Assembly: GCA_018671775.1 (NCBI GenBank)
Contig: JABHGY010000023.1
Span: 1,249 to 65,248, forward strand
Source: Fidelibacterota bacterium
Lineage (GTDB): Bacteria > Fidelibacterota > Marinisomatia > Marinisomatales > UBA1611
DNA: 64,000 nt
Reading direction: 5' to 3'
The translations under genes were made by a program, and so were the position numbers. The first letter of the stretch is position 1; each line of letters opens with the position of its first letter. Below, piece after piece: positions 39,178 through 51,342 of this stretch. The notes under the pieces are model-generated. The model was not told the origin of the DNA, made no database searches, and saw only the letters and a list, made by a program, of their open reading frames with translations.

Positions 39178-39799
39178 AAACGGATTTGAAGTCTCAGAGG
39201 CACTCCAATTTCTCAAAAATGTAGACAAAGAAATTATTCCATTATTCGAGCAATTAACCTTAACTAAGCTTTCAAGAGAATATGATTATTTTCATTCTTT
39301 GACTCGTGCGATTATTTATCAACAATTAAGCGGGAAAGCGGCGAAGACTATTTCTGATCGATTTATTGCCCTTTACCATGGCAAAGATTATCCAAGTCCG
39401 AAAGATGTATTTGATACAGAGCATGAAATATTGAGATCTGTTGGTTTATCTAACGCCAAGTCCCATTATGTGAAAAATATCGCTCAAGCTTTTATGGGCT
39501 GCGCGATTGATGCTGAGAACATAGATAACTTAGAAGATGAAAAAATTATTCAACAATTAACTTCCATCAAAGGTGTGGGGCCTTGGACAGCTGAAATGTT
39601 TTTAATTTTCACATTAAATCGTCCGGATGTTTTCCCTTTGGGAGATTTAGGCGTGCAAAAAGGGTTTCAACAATTTTTTAAGTTGCCGGACTTACCTAAG
39701 CCAAACGAGATGGAAAAGAGAGCTGAAAAGTGGAGACCTTTTCGCACAATCATGAGTTTATATTTTTGGAAAGTTGTGGATGGTCCGTTTGAATGGTAA
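39161..39799 (+). CDS. HhH-GPD family DNA glycosylase (3-methyladenine glycosylase II-like)
   Basis: LTSIKGVGPWTAEMFLIFTLNRPDVFPLGDLGVQKG contains the helix-hairpin-helix plus the catalytic Asp. ATG 39161 is preferred over the track start at 39110, which lies deep inside the upstream gene. Confidence 0.85.
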   Translation: MSVKNKNGFEVSEALQFLKNVDKEIIPLFEQLTLTKLSREYDYFHSLTRAIIYQQLSGKAAKTISDRFIALYHGKDYPSPKDVFDTEHEILRSVGLSNAKSHYVKNIAQAFMGCAIDAENIDNLEDEKIIQQLTSIKGVGPWTAEMFLIFTLNRPDVFPLGDLGVQKGFQQFFKLPDLPKPNEMEKRAEKWRPFRTIMSLYFWKVVDGPFEW

Positions 39800-40403
39800 A
39801 AAAATAGATACCGTATTTTTTGATATTGGTGGTGTTTTATTGGATATTTCGCCAGAAGCGGCCCACAAACAACTCTCTATTTATACAGGATTGGACATAA
39901 AAATTATTCAAAAAACATTTCCTGGAAAAGCACATGATGCTTATGAAAAAGGAGAAATAGATGACGACACTTTTTTTGAAGCTTATCGTGAAAACCTGCC
40001 TTATCATAACGGCTTAACAAGTGGACAATTTTGGCAGGCTTGGTCTAGGTACATTGTAAAGGAAACACCTGTTGTTGAACTTTTGGAAAAGGTTTCCAAA
40101 AATAAAAAAACGTGGCTTTTGTCTAACACAAATCCCATGCATATTCATAAAGATATATCAGCCTATTCTTTTCCGAAACTGATTGATGGAGCAGTTTATT
40201 CTTTTGAAGTTGGTTTAAGAAAACCGGATGAACAGATTTATTTGAAAGCAGTAGAAATTGCAGAGACAAAATTGGAAAGTAGTCTATTTATTGATGATCT
40301 CAAGGAGAACATTGAATCTGCCAAAAAAGTGGGAATGAATGCTATTCAATTCATCCACCCTAAACAATTAGAAGAAGCATTAGCAGATTTTAATTGCATC
40401 TAA
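39774..40403 (+). CDS. HAD-superfamily hydrolase (subfamily IA)
   Basis: Motif I DTVFFDIGGVLL, motif II WLLSNTN, and motif III/IV KPDEQIY...LFIDDLKENI. The exact start is uncertain (39774-39789). Confidence 0.8.
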   Translation: MWMVRLNGKKIDTVFFDIGGVLLDISPEAAHKQLSIYTGLDIKIIQKTFPGKAHDAYEKGEIDDDTFFEAYRENLPYHNGLTSGQFWQAWSRYIVKETPVVELLEKVSKNKKTWLLSNTNPMHIHKDISAYSFPKLIDGAVYSFEVGLRKPDEQIYLKAVEIAETKLESSLFIDDLKENIESAKKVGMNAIQFIHPKQLEEALADFNCI

Positions 40404-40405
40404 TC

Positions 40406-40963
40406 ATGAGCAAAACTTTAGGGAAAATCGGTTTTCTTTATTTGTATCTAATTATTTTTACCATAGGATATGGGCAGGATATTTCCTGTAGTGAAATAGC
40501 ACAATATTATGATAATGGCACAATCGAATTTTGTCGTTTGGCAAAAGCGGATACAATTTCTGGACAAATCTTTCCTAAGGGAACAGGGGTACATTTTACA
40601 AAAGAGGGTTCAATGAATTGGTGTTTTTTACCAGAAGATATGATGATACAAGGACATTATTGTCTGGGCGGGGGACACAGTTTTATGACCGGTTTTTATC
40701 CCAATGGGCAATTAAAGACTGCATGGCTTGTGCAGGATGAAATCATTCAAGAGATTCCTTGTTCAAAATTTAGATTTTTCTCTGCCATATTTCATGGATT
40801 CCACGGGAAAGATGGAAGCACAAATTTTTACAACAATGGCCAATTGATGTATTGTGAATTATCAAGGGATATTACCATACAAGGGCAAAGTTTTAAGATC
40901 AGAGATAGTATCCGATTTGATAGAAGTGGTAAATTAATTTTATCAAAGAAGCCATTACAGTAA
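40406..40963 (+). CDS. Hypothetical secreted Cys-containing repeat protein
   Basis: Signal-like IGFLYLYLIIFTIGYGQ. Repeated YxNGxxxxC-type units (YYDNGTIEFC, FYPNGQLKTA, FYNNGQLMYC) are reminiscent of MORN-variant/YwqK-like repeats. Confidence 0.5.
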   Translation: MSKTLGKIGFLYLYLIIFTIGYGQDISCSEIAQYYDNGTIEFCRLAKADTISGQIFPKGTGVHFTKEGSMNWCFLPEDMMIQGHYCLGGGHSFMTGFYPNGQLKTAWLVQDEIIQEIPCSKFRFFSAIFHGFHGKDGSTNFYNNGQLMYCELSRDITIQGQSFKIRDSIRFDRSGKLILSKKPLQ

Positions 40964-40994
40964 AGATTTGACTCACGCAAAAAGGAAACGCAGA

Positions 40995-41609
40995 ATGATA
41001 AAAAAAGTAATACTTACCTTCTTTATTTTGTCTTGTTTTATATTTTGGAGCTGTAAGCCCAAAAAATACGAAAATACAACAAACCGACCGAGCCATATTT
41101 TAAAACGAGACAATGGTGGGATGGGCGTCGATCATATTTATTTCACTCCAAATTTACATATAGAATCCTCCTCTGGTTTACAGTTTACAGATTCAACAAT
41201 AATTCACGAATCAAACGAAGAAGCAAACCTAATCACAGTTCCAATCGAATTTGATGTTTTATTTCATGAAATGACTGTGACATACGAAGTAAGCGATCTT
41301 TTAGTGCCGATTGGTGGTATTAGTGAACATGTGCAAAAGCTTGAAATGTATTTTAGATTTGCTGATTCGAATGACGAATGGACTGACTGGCATTCTTTAA
41401 GCAATCTGAGAGGACTTGATGATATGGAAATGAGGTTCCTCATGAGATATAACCCTGCACGTATTTCAATGTTTGATTATTCTTTATTTGAATTTGCTCA
41501 AGTTAAAATTGTTTCAGTTCCTGAAAACCAAGGAAAAATGATAATAAAGGATTTAAGATTTGGGGTCTTGAAACAAAGAAATGTAAACAGAAGTAAAAAA
41601 AAAGACTAA
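40995..41609 (+). CDS. Hypothetical lipoprotein
   Basis: MIKKVILTFFILSCFIFWSC contains a lipobox-like FWSC. The purine-rich stretch AAAAGGAAACGCAGA ends immediately before ATG 40995. No recognisable domain. Confidence 0.5.
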   Translation: MIKKVILTFFILSCFIFWSCKPKKYENTTNRPSHILKRDNGGMGVDHIYFTPNLHIESSSGLQFTDSTIIHESNEEANLITVPIEFDVLFHEMTVTYEVSDLLVPIGGISEHVQKLEMYFRFADSNDEWTDWHSLSNLRGLDDMEMRFLMRYNPARISMFDYSLFEFAQVKIVSVPENQGKMIIKDLRFGVLKQRNVNRSKKKD

Positions 41610-41709
41610 AACAATTAAGAGAGACAAATTCATGCGAAATCCCTTTTGATTATCTTTCAAGGTTTGACTGGGGTTTAACTTTCAGCATCAATAACAATAA
41701 GAGGAAAAA

Positions 41710-44634
41710 ATGTTTAAAAAAACAATCATATTACTCATAACGATAAACAGTTTATTTGCCACAGGAGCGTGGATGATGAATGGTCGCGTGCACCCGGAAT
41801 TAAAATGGAAGACAATTGAGTCTGAGCATTTCAATATCCATTACCATCAGGGCATTGAAGACATCGCAAAGCGAGGTGCTTCCATCGCGGAACAAGTTCG
41901 CCCAATACTCATGAAGCAAGTTGATTTAGATACCTTGCCACGCATTGATATTGTTTTTACGGCCGAAGATGAAATTATGAATGGATTTGCCATGCCCAGC
42001 AACCATACGGTCATTTGGGTAGATCAAAACGAAGTAGCCGTTTGGACAGAAGACGAAAAATGGCTTCGAACGGTTTTAGCACATGAGCTTCAGCATATTG
42101 TCTTTTTTAATGTAACAAAATCTTGGTTGCCTCGCGGAATGGATATGCTATTTTCAGGGACGCCTGGTTGGGTTGTTGAGGGTTTGGCGGAGTATTTTAC
42201 CGAACGCTGGAGACCCCATCGTTATGATTTATCTCATAAGGCACATGTCCTTCGTGGAACCGTTCATAAAATAAAAGATCCTCATAATGATGGATTTTCC
42301 AAAACCTTATATTGGGCAGATCGCTTTGGTGATTCAAGCATCGTTAAGATACTGAACGATCGAAATAAAGTGGGATTGTTCTTTTTTGAAAATGCATTCG
42401 AAAAGCATACGGGCATCAGTTTAAAACAATTTCAAGAAGATTGGCGTCGCCACATGAATACATATTTTTATGGATATCGCGCGCAAAAGGAAGCCTTAGA
42501 AGAAGTGGGCTCTGTTTATAAATTTCCTGTGAAAAAGGCTTGGGGATTCGACTATTTTTCAGATAGTTTGAAAATCGCATTTGTAGGACAAAATAAAAAA
42601 GGACAAGGTGATATTTCTCTGATGCTAACCGTTCGAGATACGGCGAGCGAAAATAAAGCACGATTGAAAGCACTTAAAGACGCAAAGAAAAAAGAAGAAA
42701 AACCAAAAACAATTAAACCTATTTGGACGACGAGCGAACTTGATTTTGGTCGAATTCATTCCTTTATCGATGTGGCGCCCAATGATTCGAGTATCGCGTA
42801 TGCTAAATTTCGTTTTGGCAAAAATCAAAGCTTACTTTGGGATATTTGGACGGTCAATCTTGAGACTAAAAAGAAAACACGTCTCACCTCCTCTGCCCGA
42901 GCTTCATTTCCTCAATGGCATCCCAATGGAAAGACAATTTTATTTGTCGCCCACAAAGCCAGTATCTCAAATTTATTTACCATTAATTCTGTCGGTGATT
43001 CTCTCATCCAAATCACGCATTTCCAAGAAGATGTCCAAATTATTACGCCAGCTTGGAGTCCGGATGGACATAAGATTGCTTATGCTCAGTCGGGTGTGGA
43101 TGGAAATGTGGATATTCATATTTTAGATTTAAAAACAAATGAGGAAAGGGTCATCACAAATAATCCGGAAGTGGATTATTTGCCCTTATGGCATCCTGAT
43201 GGAAGCAAAATATCCTATACGTCTCATCTTGGTTCTACGCCCAATTTACACACCATTGATTTAGTAAATAATGCCACAATTCGGAATACAGATGTAGGAG
43301 AAGCGGTTTGGGGTCGTTCTTGGAGTGTAGATAAATCGGCAATAACAGCTTTGACTTTAGGCGATGTAGATTCAGTGCGCGTTGTGGATATTTCACCGGA
43401 GCGAAAAGTAGAAGAAATCACTTTACAGACACGTGAGCATTATTCTTCTTGGCGGACAAAAACGCCAGACCATCCGCTGGTCAACATAGATCCTTATCAA
43501 TCGGTTTCCCTTTCCAAGCCCAAAAAATATGGGTTTCATCGTCATGTTAAGTTATTGCAAGCGATGATTTTTCCAGATGGCAAGAGTTTTTCAAGTTTGG
43601 GCGTATGGACAGATGCAACAGGGCGACATACTTTAGCAGGAACATTTTATACGGATTATGATACTAGTGCAACCATGATTCAATATCAAAATGCAGAACA
43701 TGCACTTTTTCGTGGATTTTGGGGATTTAACTATTATCAAAATATCAACTACACATGGCGGCCTTATGACAAGAGCAGAACGGGATTATTTGAGGTTTTT
43801 GATGGTTGGTCTTTTTGGGGAAAAATCCCTTTTAACTTTGGGCGAAACCTTTCTTCCAGTCACACCTTAAATTATGGATTGCAATTTTTAAACCGTTCAG
43901 CCATGATTCCGGTAGATTTTGAAGACGATACTAATGTGTTTTCAGATAATGGACTTCCAGAACCAGAGTCAGGCAAAGAGGGGACCATGTATTTTCGCTA
44001 CATGTGGTCAAATAAAAGGCCTCATCGTGATAATCTATTATTGCCTAAAAATGGGTTTGGCCTTTCCGTTTCTTATTACAATATCAGTGAAAAGTTATGG
44101 GGAGATTTTACCTATAATCGATTTTCTGCAGATTTGTATAAAAATGTGGGTTTAGGACCTTTTGCGCTTTATGGTCGATTCAAATCTGAAGCATTGACAG
44201 GAGATAATTACCCGAGTCAGGAATTTGTTGGCATAACAAAAGACGCAAATTTTTATCTGATGGGAGGGACATTGCCATGGAAAGAAAATATGAACTTACG
44301 AGGTTGGGATGATAATCGTTTGGGAAATCGTGCTTTTATGGGAACGGTTGAGTTTCGTTCGCCAGGGATTAAATTAAATTTAGCCCAAGCATTAATATTT
44401 CAATTGAGCGATTTATCTTTTGCTTTGATTTCCGATTTTGGAAATGCGTGGCAATCTGGAGAAACACAAGAGGATATACTTGTAACGGCAGGATACGAAT
44501 TAAGAGCGACGTTAAGGTTGATGAAAATGCCACTGTTTGTCATAGGATTCGGACAAGCACAAACGATAGATGCATGGAAAAATGAAGTCTCACCTTCAAG
44601 CTATTTTCGTTTAACTTTAATTAATCCTTTTTAA
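41710..44634 (+). CDS. Tripartite envelope protein: HExxH metallopeptidase-like module, PD40/TolB-like beta-propeller, and C-terminal outer-membrane beta-barrel
   Basis: Signal peptide; LAHELQHIVF (HELQH at nt 42082-42096); PD40-type repeats WHPNGKTILFVA, WSPDGHKIAYAQ and WHPDGSKISYTS; a strand-rich C-terminal third ending in ...YFRLTLINPF. Confidence 0.6.
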   Translation: MFKKTIILLITINSLFATGAWMMNGRVHPELKWKTIESEHFNIHYHQGIEDIAKRGASIAEQVRPILMKQVDLDTLPRIDIVFTAEDEIMNGFAMPSNHTVIWVDQNEVAVWTEDEKWLRTVLAHELQHIVFFNVTKSWLPRGMDMLFSGTPGWVVEGLAEYFTERWRPHRYDLSHKAHVLRGTVHKIKDPHNDGFSKTLYWADRFGDSSIVKILNDRNKVGLFFFENAFEKHTGISLKQFQEDWRRHMNTYFYGYRAQKEALEEVGSVYKFPVKKAWGFDYFSDSLKIAFVGQNKKGQGDISLMLTVRDTASENKARLKALKDAKKKEEKPKTIKPIWTTSELDFGRIHSFIDVAPNDSSIAYAKFRFGKNQSLLWDIWTVNLETKKKTRLTSSARASFPQWHPNGKTILFVAHKASISNLFTINSVGDSLIQITHFQEDVQIITPAWSPDGHKIAYAQSGVDGNVDIHILDLKTNEERVITNNPEVDYLPLWHPDGSKISYTSHLGSTPNLHTIDLVNNATIRNTDVGEAVWGRSWSVDKSAITALTLGDVDSVRVVDISPERKVEEITLQTREHYSSWRTKTPDHPLVNIDPYQSVSLSKPKKYGFHRHVKLLQAMIFPDGKSFSSLGVWTDATGRHTLAGTFYTDYDTSATMIQYQNAEHALFRGFWGFNYYQNINYTWRPYDKSRTGLFEVFDGWSFWGKIPFNFGRNLSSSHTLNYGLQFLNRSAMIPVDFEDDTNVFSDNGLPEPESGKEGTMYFRYMWSNKRPHRDNLLLPKNGFGLSVSYYNISEKLWGDFTYNRFSADLYKNVGLGPFALYGRFKSEALTGDNYPSQEFVGITKDANFYLMGGTLPWKENMNLRGWDDNRLGNRAFMGTVEFRSPGIKLNLAQALIFQLSDLSFALISDFGNAWQSGETQEDILVTAGYELRATLRLMKMPLFVIGFGQAQTIDAWKNEVSPSSYFRLTLINPF

Positions 44635-44644
44635 TCAAAGGATT
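44623..44644. terminator. Hairpin spanning the stop codon between convergent genes
   Basis: Perfect 8-bp stem aatccttt (44623-44630) / aaaggatt (44637-44644) with loop ttaatc. It lies between the + gene ending at 44634 and the - gene ending at 44656. Confidence 0.4.
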
Positions 44645-44655
44645 CTCTTGCGAGT

Positions 44656-46089
44656 TTAAAAAGAAATAAAGCGTAAGCCGATACTAAAGTGAAGTCCTGT
44701 TAAATTCACTTTGGGTTCAGGCTTATCCCAGACCGCATCCAATGTTTTGAGCTCTCCGTCTTCATCATCAGAATTTTCAGTATAAGTCCATTTCCCTTGT
44801 AAACTAGTAAAGGTATAATGTGTAGTAATAAAAAGATCTTTCGTTTTTCCTATTAAGATACTGATTTCACCACCGATTTCCGGCGAAAAAATAAAAGAAG
44901 AAACGGTATGAGCATCGTCATCTTCTGTAAAGGTAAAGCGAATAGGAAAATTGATTCCAAAGCGAGGTGAAATTGGACCCAATTGAAATAGTTGAACTTG
45001 TCCCCCAATACCAAGCCCAAGAAAAAGGTCCATGTCCTCTCGACTATCTTCTACCGTGCCTAAGCCGCCAGAAATATTCCATGTATATTTATTAAATGGG
45101 TTTACCCAAAGTCGGGATTCAATTTTTATTCCATTTGCTGTATTTTGCCCTATTTCTATATCGACAACAGTAGGAGGATCAATGAGCTCATACACTTTAT
45201 TCCCTTCTTGAACTGATCTCCATTTTCGAACAATAACGCCAAAACTTGCATCAGGCCCCACATCCGTAATCCGCAATAACCCTCGAGGCTTTCCTGGCAA
45301 GGTAATGGTTCTCCCTTTAATTGTTTTTTGTCGATCATTTGAACTTATTTCGAAAATTGAATTTTGTTTTAAACCTAAATTTTCCCCAGAAAAAATACTG
45401 ATTTTCCTTCCATCCAGTTCTATAATTTCACTAGAAAGTATATATAATTGTTTTAGTTTTTTTCGGGCTTGCCATCTAAGCGTTTTTAAAGCTTTATTTA
45501 ATGAAACAGCTTTTATGCCACCGGTATGATGCCCATATAATTGAAATGAGCGTATGGCGCTTCCTGTTTCGATATTGATAAGACGCACTTCTGCTTGAAT
45601 AACCGTCTGAATATTATTTGGATATCGTTCAACGCCATCCAATTTTTTATCGATGGTGGCCGTAATTGCTTCTTTTACAATCCATTCCAAAAGTGAATCA
45701 TCTTCGTCCTCTTTTTCCTTCTTCTTATCATTCTTTTCTTTGGGTGGGACTCCTTTCTGTCCAAAGGTATTAATTTTAATAAAGAGTGCTTCCTCAGCAG
45801 AAGAAAGATTTCCTACTTCAATAATATCATCCTCGTTCATTAAGCCGGAAAGCTGAAGTTTTTGTTCTGCTAAAATAGCGTCTAATAAAGAACGATCAAT
45901 CACATCGAAGCGCCCTAGCTTTATAGCCTCAGATGCAATAATGTTTGTGGTTTTTGAAGAAATAGAATTTGGATCTTCATAATTTTCCGCGGGAAGAATG
46001 AGTAATTTTTTTTGTTCAAGTGCAAGTGCATTCTCTTGAGGGTAGAGAAATGAAGCCACAAAGAGAAAACTGTAAATTATTTTTTTCAT
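44656..46089 (-). CDS. CsgG-like N-terminal domain fused to a C-terminal beta-barrel, function unknown
   Basis: MKKIIYSFLFVASFLYPQ is a signal peptide. GRFDVIDRSLLDAILAEQKLQLSGLM...VGNLSSAEEALFIKI fits the CsgG-type motif. A Lys/Glu-rich insert (KEKNDKKKEKEDEDD) is present, and the strand-rich C-terminus ends in ...SIGLRFISF. ATGA overlap with the upstream gene supports the start at 46089. Confidence 0.5.
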   Translation of the reverse strand: MKKIIYSFLFVASFLYPQENALALEQKKLLILPAENYEDPNSISSKTTNIIASEAIKLGRFDVIDRSLLDAILAEQKLQLSGLMNEDDIIEVGNLSSAEEALFIKINTFGQKGVPPKEKNDKKKEKEDEDDSLLEWIVKEAITATIDKKLDGVERYPNNIQTVIQAEVRLINIETGSAIRSFQLYGHHTGGIKAVSLNKALKTLRWQARKKLKQLYILSSEIIELDGRKISIFSGENLGLKQNSIFEISSNDRQKTIKGRTITLPGKPRGLLRITDVGPDASFGVIVRKWRSVQEGNKVYELIDPPTVVDIEIGQNTANGIKIESRLWVNPFNKYTWNISGGLGTVEDSREDMDLFLGLGIGGQVQLFQLGPISPRFGINFPIRFTFTEDDDAHTVSSFIFSPEIGGEISILIGKTKDLFITTHYTFTSLQGKWTYTENSDDEDGELKTLDAVWDKPEPKVNLTGLHFSIGLRFISF

Positions 46090-46811
46090 TTGAAATATTT
46101 TCCTTTTAATGGTTTTTCCCATCCAATTGAATAGGATATTGTTGTTGCACCTCGGTTATACTGAGTATTTTTATCGAGCTCTTGAATAAAAGTGACAAAA
46201 AACGAGACGTTTTCCCAAATATGAAATTGTAATTCTCCTAGTCCTTGGAATCTAGATAAATCGGATTCATTAATATCACTAATTTGGGAAAAATATTCTA
46301 ATTCCATTTTTGATTCAATTTTAGAAAATTTGGCATCCCAGGTAAATGCATATTTAATATATGAAGTTTTCCAGCTCGCATTCAAATAATCAGACATATC
46401 GTAAGCAATCCCTAATTCTGACGTTATATTACCCTGATTATTTTTTTGAATGAAATAGCCAAAACCATTATTATAATGGTATCTTACATTTAAATCAGCA
46501 AGCGTATTTTGTTCATATGAAACGGTTATAAAACGATAAAATTTATTATAGCTAGAAAAAATGTGACTGGATTTATGCCTCAAATAAAGATAAGAATCAT
46601 TGTTTAAATAATTTCCAAATAAACGAAAATCATTAAATTGGTTTCCATTCACACGTTTGACTCTAAAATAAAAACCAAGCCCAGATTGAGACTCTAAATC
46701 TTGAACAACACTTAGCTGAGAGTAATATTTCCAATTTGGAAGACTATCTTGATTCGTCGTGTGTGCGCAGAGAAAAGAAAAGCTGAGCAAAATAAAAAAT
46801 ATTCGATTCAT
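46086..46811 (-). CDS. Putative outer-membrane beta-barrel protein (DUF481/YdiY-like?)
   Basis: Signal peptide MNRIFFILLSFSFLCA, with alternating aromatic/polar strands throughout. The family assignment is tentative. Confidence 0.4.
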   Translation of the reverse strand: MNRIFFILLSFSFLCAHTTNQDSLPNWKYYSQLSVVQDLESQSGLGFYFRVKRVNGNQFNDFRLFGNYLNNDSYLYLRHKSSHIFSSYNKFYRFITVSYEQNTLADLNVRYHYNNGFGYFIQKNNQGNITSELGIAYDMSDYLNASWKTSYIKYAFTWDAKFSKIESKMELEYFSQISDINESDLSRFQGLGELQFHIWENVSFFVTFIQELDKNTQYNRGATTISYSIGWEKPLKGKYFK

Positions 46812-46816
46812 TAGAA

Positions 46817-47578
46817 TTATTGTTTAATTTTTTTCCCGCTTGTCATCGCAAATATTGCGGTCGTAGAAAAAAGAATAGTCATGGCTAGTGCCATTAAAAA
46901 ACTTGTTGCAGGTGCAGAATCTGAAACGCCCAATACCGTATATCGAATACCATTAATCATATAATAAATAGGGTTAAATAGGCTGATAGATTGCGCCCAA
47001 TCTGGGAGCATTTTAATGGAATAAAATATGCCACCTAGAAAAGATAAGGGCGTAAGTATAAAATTTTGCATGGTAGATAAATGATCCCACGTATCCGCAA
47101 TTTGTCCAAGGAGTAACCCCATACTGGCAAAGGCCCAAGAGACTAAGAAAATAAAACCTAATGTTCCTATCAAATTTTCTACAGGCATATCGATAAGTAA
47201 AATACCAACCAGCATTACCATCAAACCATTAATGAAGCCACGAAGTGCGCCACCAACAATATATGCAAGAGAAATTTCAAACCCAGATAAAGGTGCGGTC
47301 AAAAGATCGGGTAATTGCTGAAGTAACTTCATTTGCAACATGGAAGATGCCGTATTTGATGTTGCGTTAGTAAGCGTCGTCATCATGATTAAGCCGGGCA
47401 AAATAAATAAAGTATAAGGTACGCCATTGATTTCTGAAATGCGTTGCTCAAGGGTGAAACCAAAAACAACAATATATAATCCCGATGAAATAACGCCAGG
47501 AAGAATTGTTTGTTTATACACAGATAAAAATCGACCCACTTCCCGCTTGATGAGTGTCCAAAGTCCTATCCAATTCAT
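46817..47578 (-). CDS. ABC-2 type transporter permease
   Basis: Six TM segments. WTLIKREVGRFLSVYKQTILPGVISSGLYIVVFG is typical of YadH-like ABC-2 permeases. Confidence 0.85.
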   Translation of the reverse strand: MNWIGLWTLIKREVGRFLSVYKQTILPGVISSGLYIVVFGFTLEQRISEINGVPYTLFILPGLIMMTTLTNATSNTASSMLQMKLLQQLPDLLTAPLSGFEISLAYIVGGALRGFINGLMVMLVGILLIDMPVENLIGTLGFIFLVSWAFASMGLLLGQIADTWDHLSTMQNFILTPLSFLGGIFYSIKMLPDWAQSISLFNPIYYMINGIRYTVLGVSDSAPATSFLMALAMTILFSTTAIFAMTSGKKIKQ

Positions 47579-48504
47579 TGATTTATTCCTTTTCCTGTTA
47601 AACTTAGAAAAACATCTTCTAATGAAGAAGTTGAAGCTTCAACACGTTGAATATGAATATCACATGCACTGATTTTTTTAATAATATTTGGGAGGGCTGA
47701 ATCAGGATCTTCTACAGAAAAATGAAGACGATTTTCTTGACGTGTGTAAGAATAGTCCTCTAAACACGAACTGAGTTTATCATCATCGCCGGATAATTGA
47801 ATTGTAATGCCAGATTGACCTAATTCCCGTGTTAAGGCTTTGGGCGACCCTTCTTTTAGTATTTTCCCTTCATCTATAATCGCCACTTTTTCACAAAGCA
47901 ATTCTGCTTCTTCAATGTAGTGCGTGGTGAGTAAAATTGTTGTGCCCTCTTGATGCAAATCGCGAAGATATTGCCAAAGATCATGACGCAATTCCACATC
48001 CACACCGGCGGTGGGTTCATCTAAAATAAGAATATTTGGTTTGTGCACCAGTGCTTTTGCAATTTGGAATCGCCTTTTCATTCCACCCGATAGTTGCCTC
48101 AATCTTGAATTTTTCTTTTTACTTAGCCCCAATCTATCAAGTAATTGATCAATTTGTGCTTTTGCAAATTTTGGTGAAATCCCATAATAGCCCGCTTGAA
48201 AATAGAGGAGTTTTTCGATGGGAAAAAACCAATCTACAGAAAGTTCCTGTGCCGCAATCCCAACTTGAGAACGGGTAAACCGGTAATCTTTTACCGTATC
48301 TTTTCCCATGATTTTTGTCATCCCACTTTCTCTAAGAACTAAGCCGGTAAGGATATTAATGATTGTCGTTTTCCCCGCACCATTTGGGCCTAATAGACCA
48401 AAAAACTGACCCTGTTCAATGTTGATATTTACCCCATTTAAGGCACGAACATCATCATAAGATTTTTTAAGTTCTGAAATTTGGATTGCTGGTGCTGACA
48501 TCAA
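47575..48504 (-). CDS. ABC transporter ATP-binding protein
   Basis: Walker A GPNGAGKTT, signature LSGGMKRR, and Walker B ILILDEPT. Confidence 0.92.
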   Translation of the reverse strand: MMSAPAIQISELKKSYDDVRALNGVNINIEQGQFFGLLGPNGAGKTTIINILTGLVLRESGMTKIMGKDTVKDYRFTRSQVGIAAQELSVDWFFPIEKLLYFQAGYYGISPKFAKAQIDQLLDRLGLSKKKNSRLRQLSGGMKRRFQIAKALVHKPNILILDEPTAGVDVELRHDLWQYLRDLHQEGTTILLTTHYIEEAELLCEKVAIIDEGKILKEGSPKALTRELGQSGITIQLSGDDDKLSSCLEDYSYTRQENRLHFSVEDPDSALPNIIKKISACDIHIQRVEASTSSLEDVFLSLTGKGINQ

Positions 48505-48825
48505 TTAGAATCCAATTTCTTGATCAAAGGGCGAAGGAAAATCGTAACCTTCTTCTCCGGGGAAATGGGCAATCGAGACAATGAATCCCCAGGGGATTAA
48601 AATGGAAGCCTCAACTTTTTTTGTTTTTGCTTTCCCTTTTCCGGTGAGATTTGGAATCCGAAATTTCGGGTGATGAATCCACATCCCATTTTCATCATAA
48701 CCATTCACATAAACATAAATTTTATCGCTATCGATACCAATTTTTTTTAAAGGTTCATGCCCATCTAAGACTAGCAAAATAAGATCGCCAACTACCTCTT
48801 TTATTTCCATCATTTTTTTATCCAT
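48505..48825 (-). CDS. Hypothetical protein (106 aa)
   Basis: An ORF packed with no gap against the ABC ATPase start. No recognisable motif. Confidence 0.5.
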   Translation of the reverse strand: MDKKMMEIKEVVGDLILLVLDGHEPLKKIGIDSDKIYVYVNGYDENGMWIHHPKFRIPNLTGKGKAKTKKVEASILIPWGFIVSIAHFPGEEGYDFPSPFDQEIGF

Positions 48826-48855
48826 TACAGCCTCTTTTTTTATTGTTATGCATTA

Positions 48856-51329
<2,474 letters not shown>

Positions 51330-51342
51330 TTAATTTTGCCTA

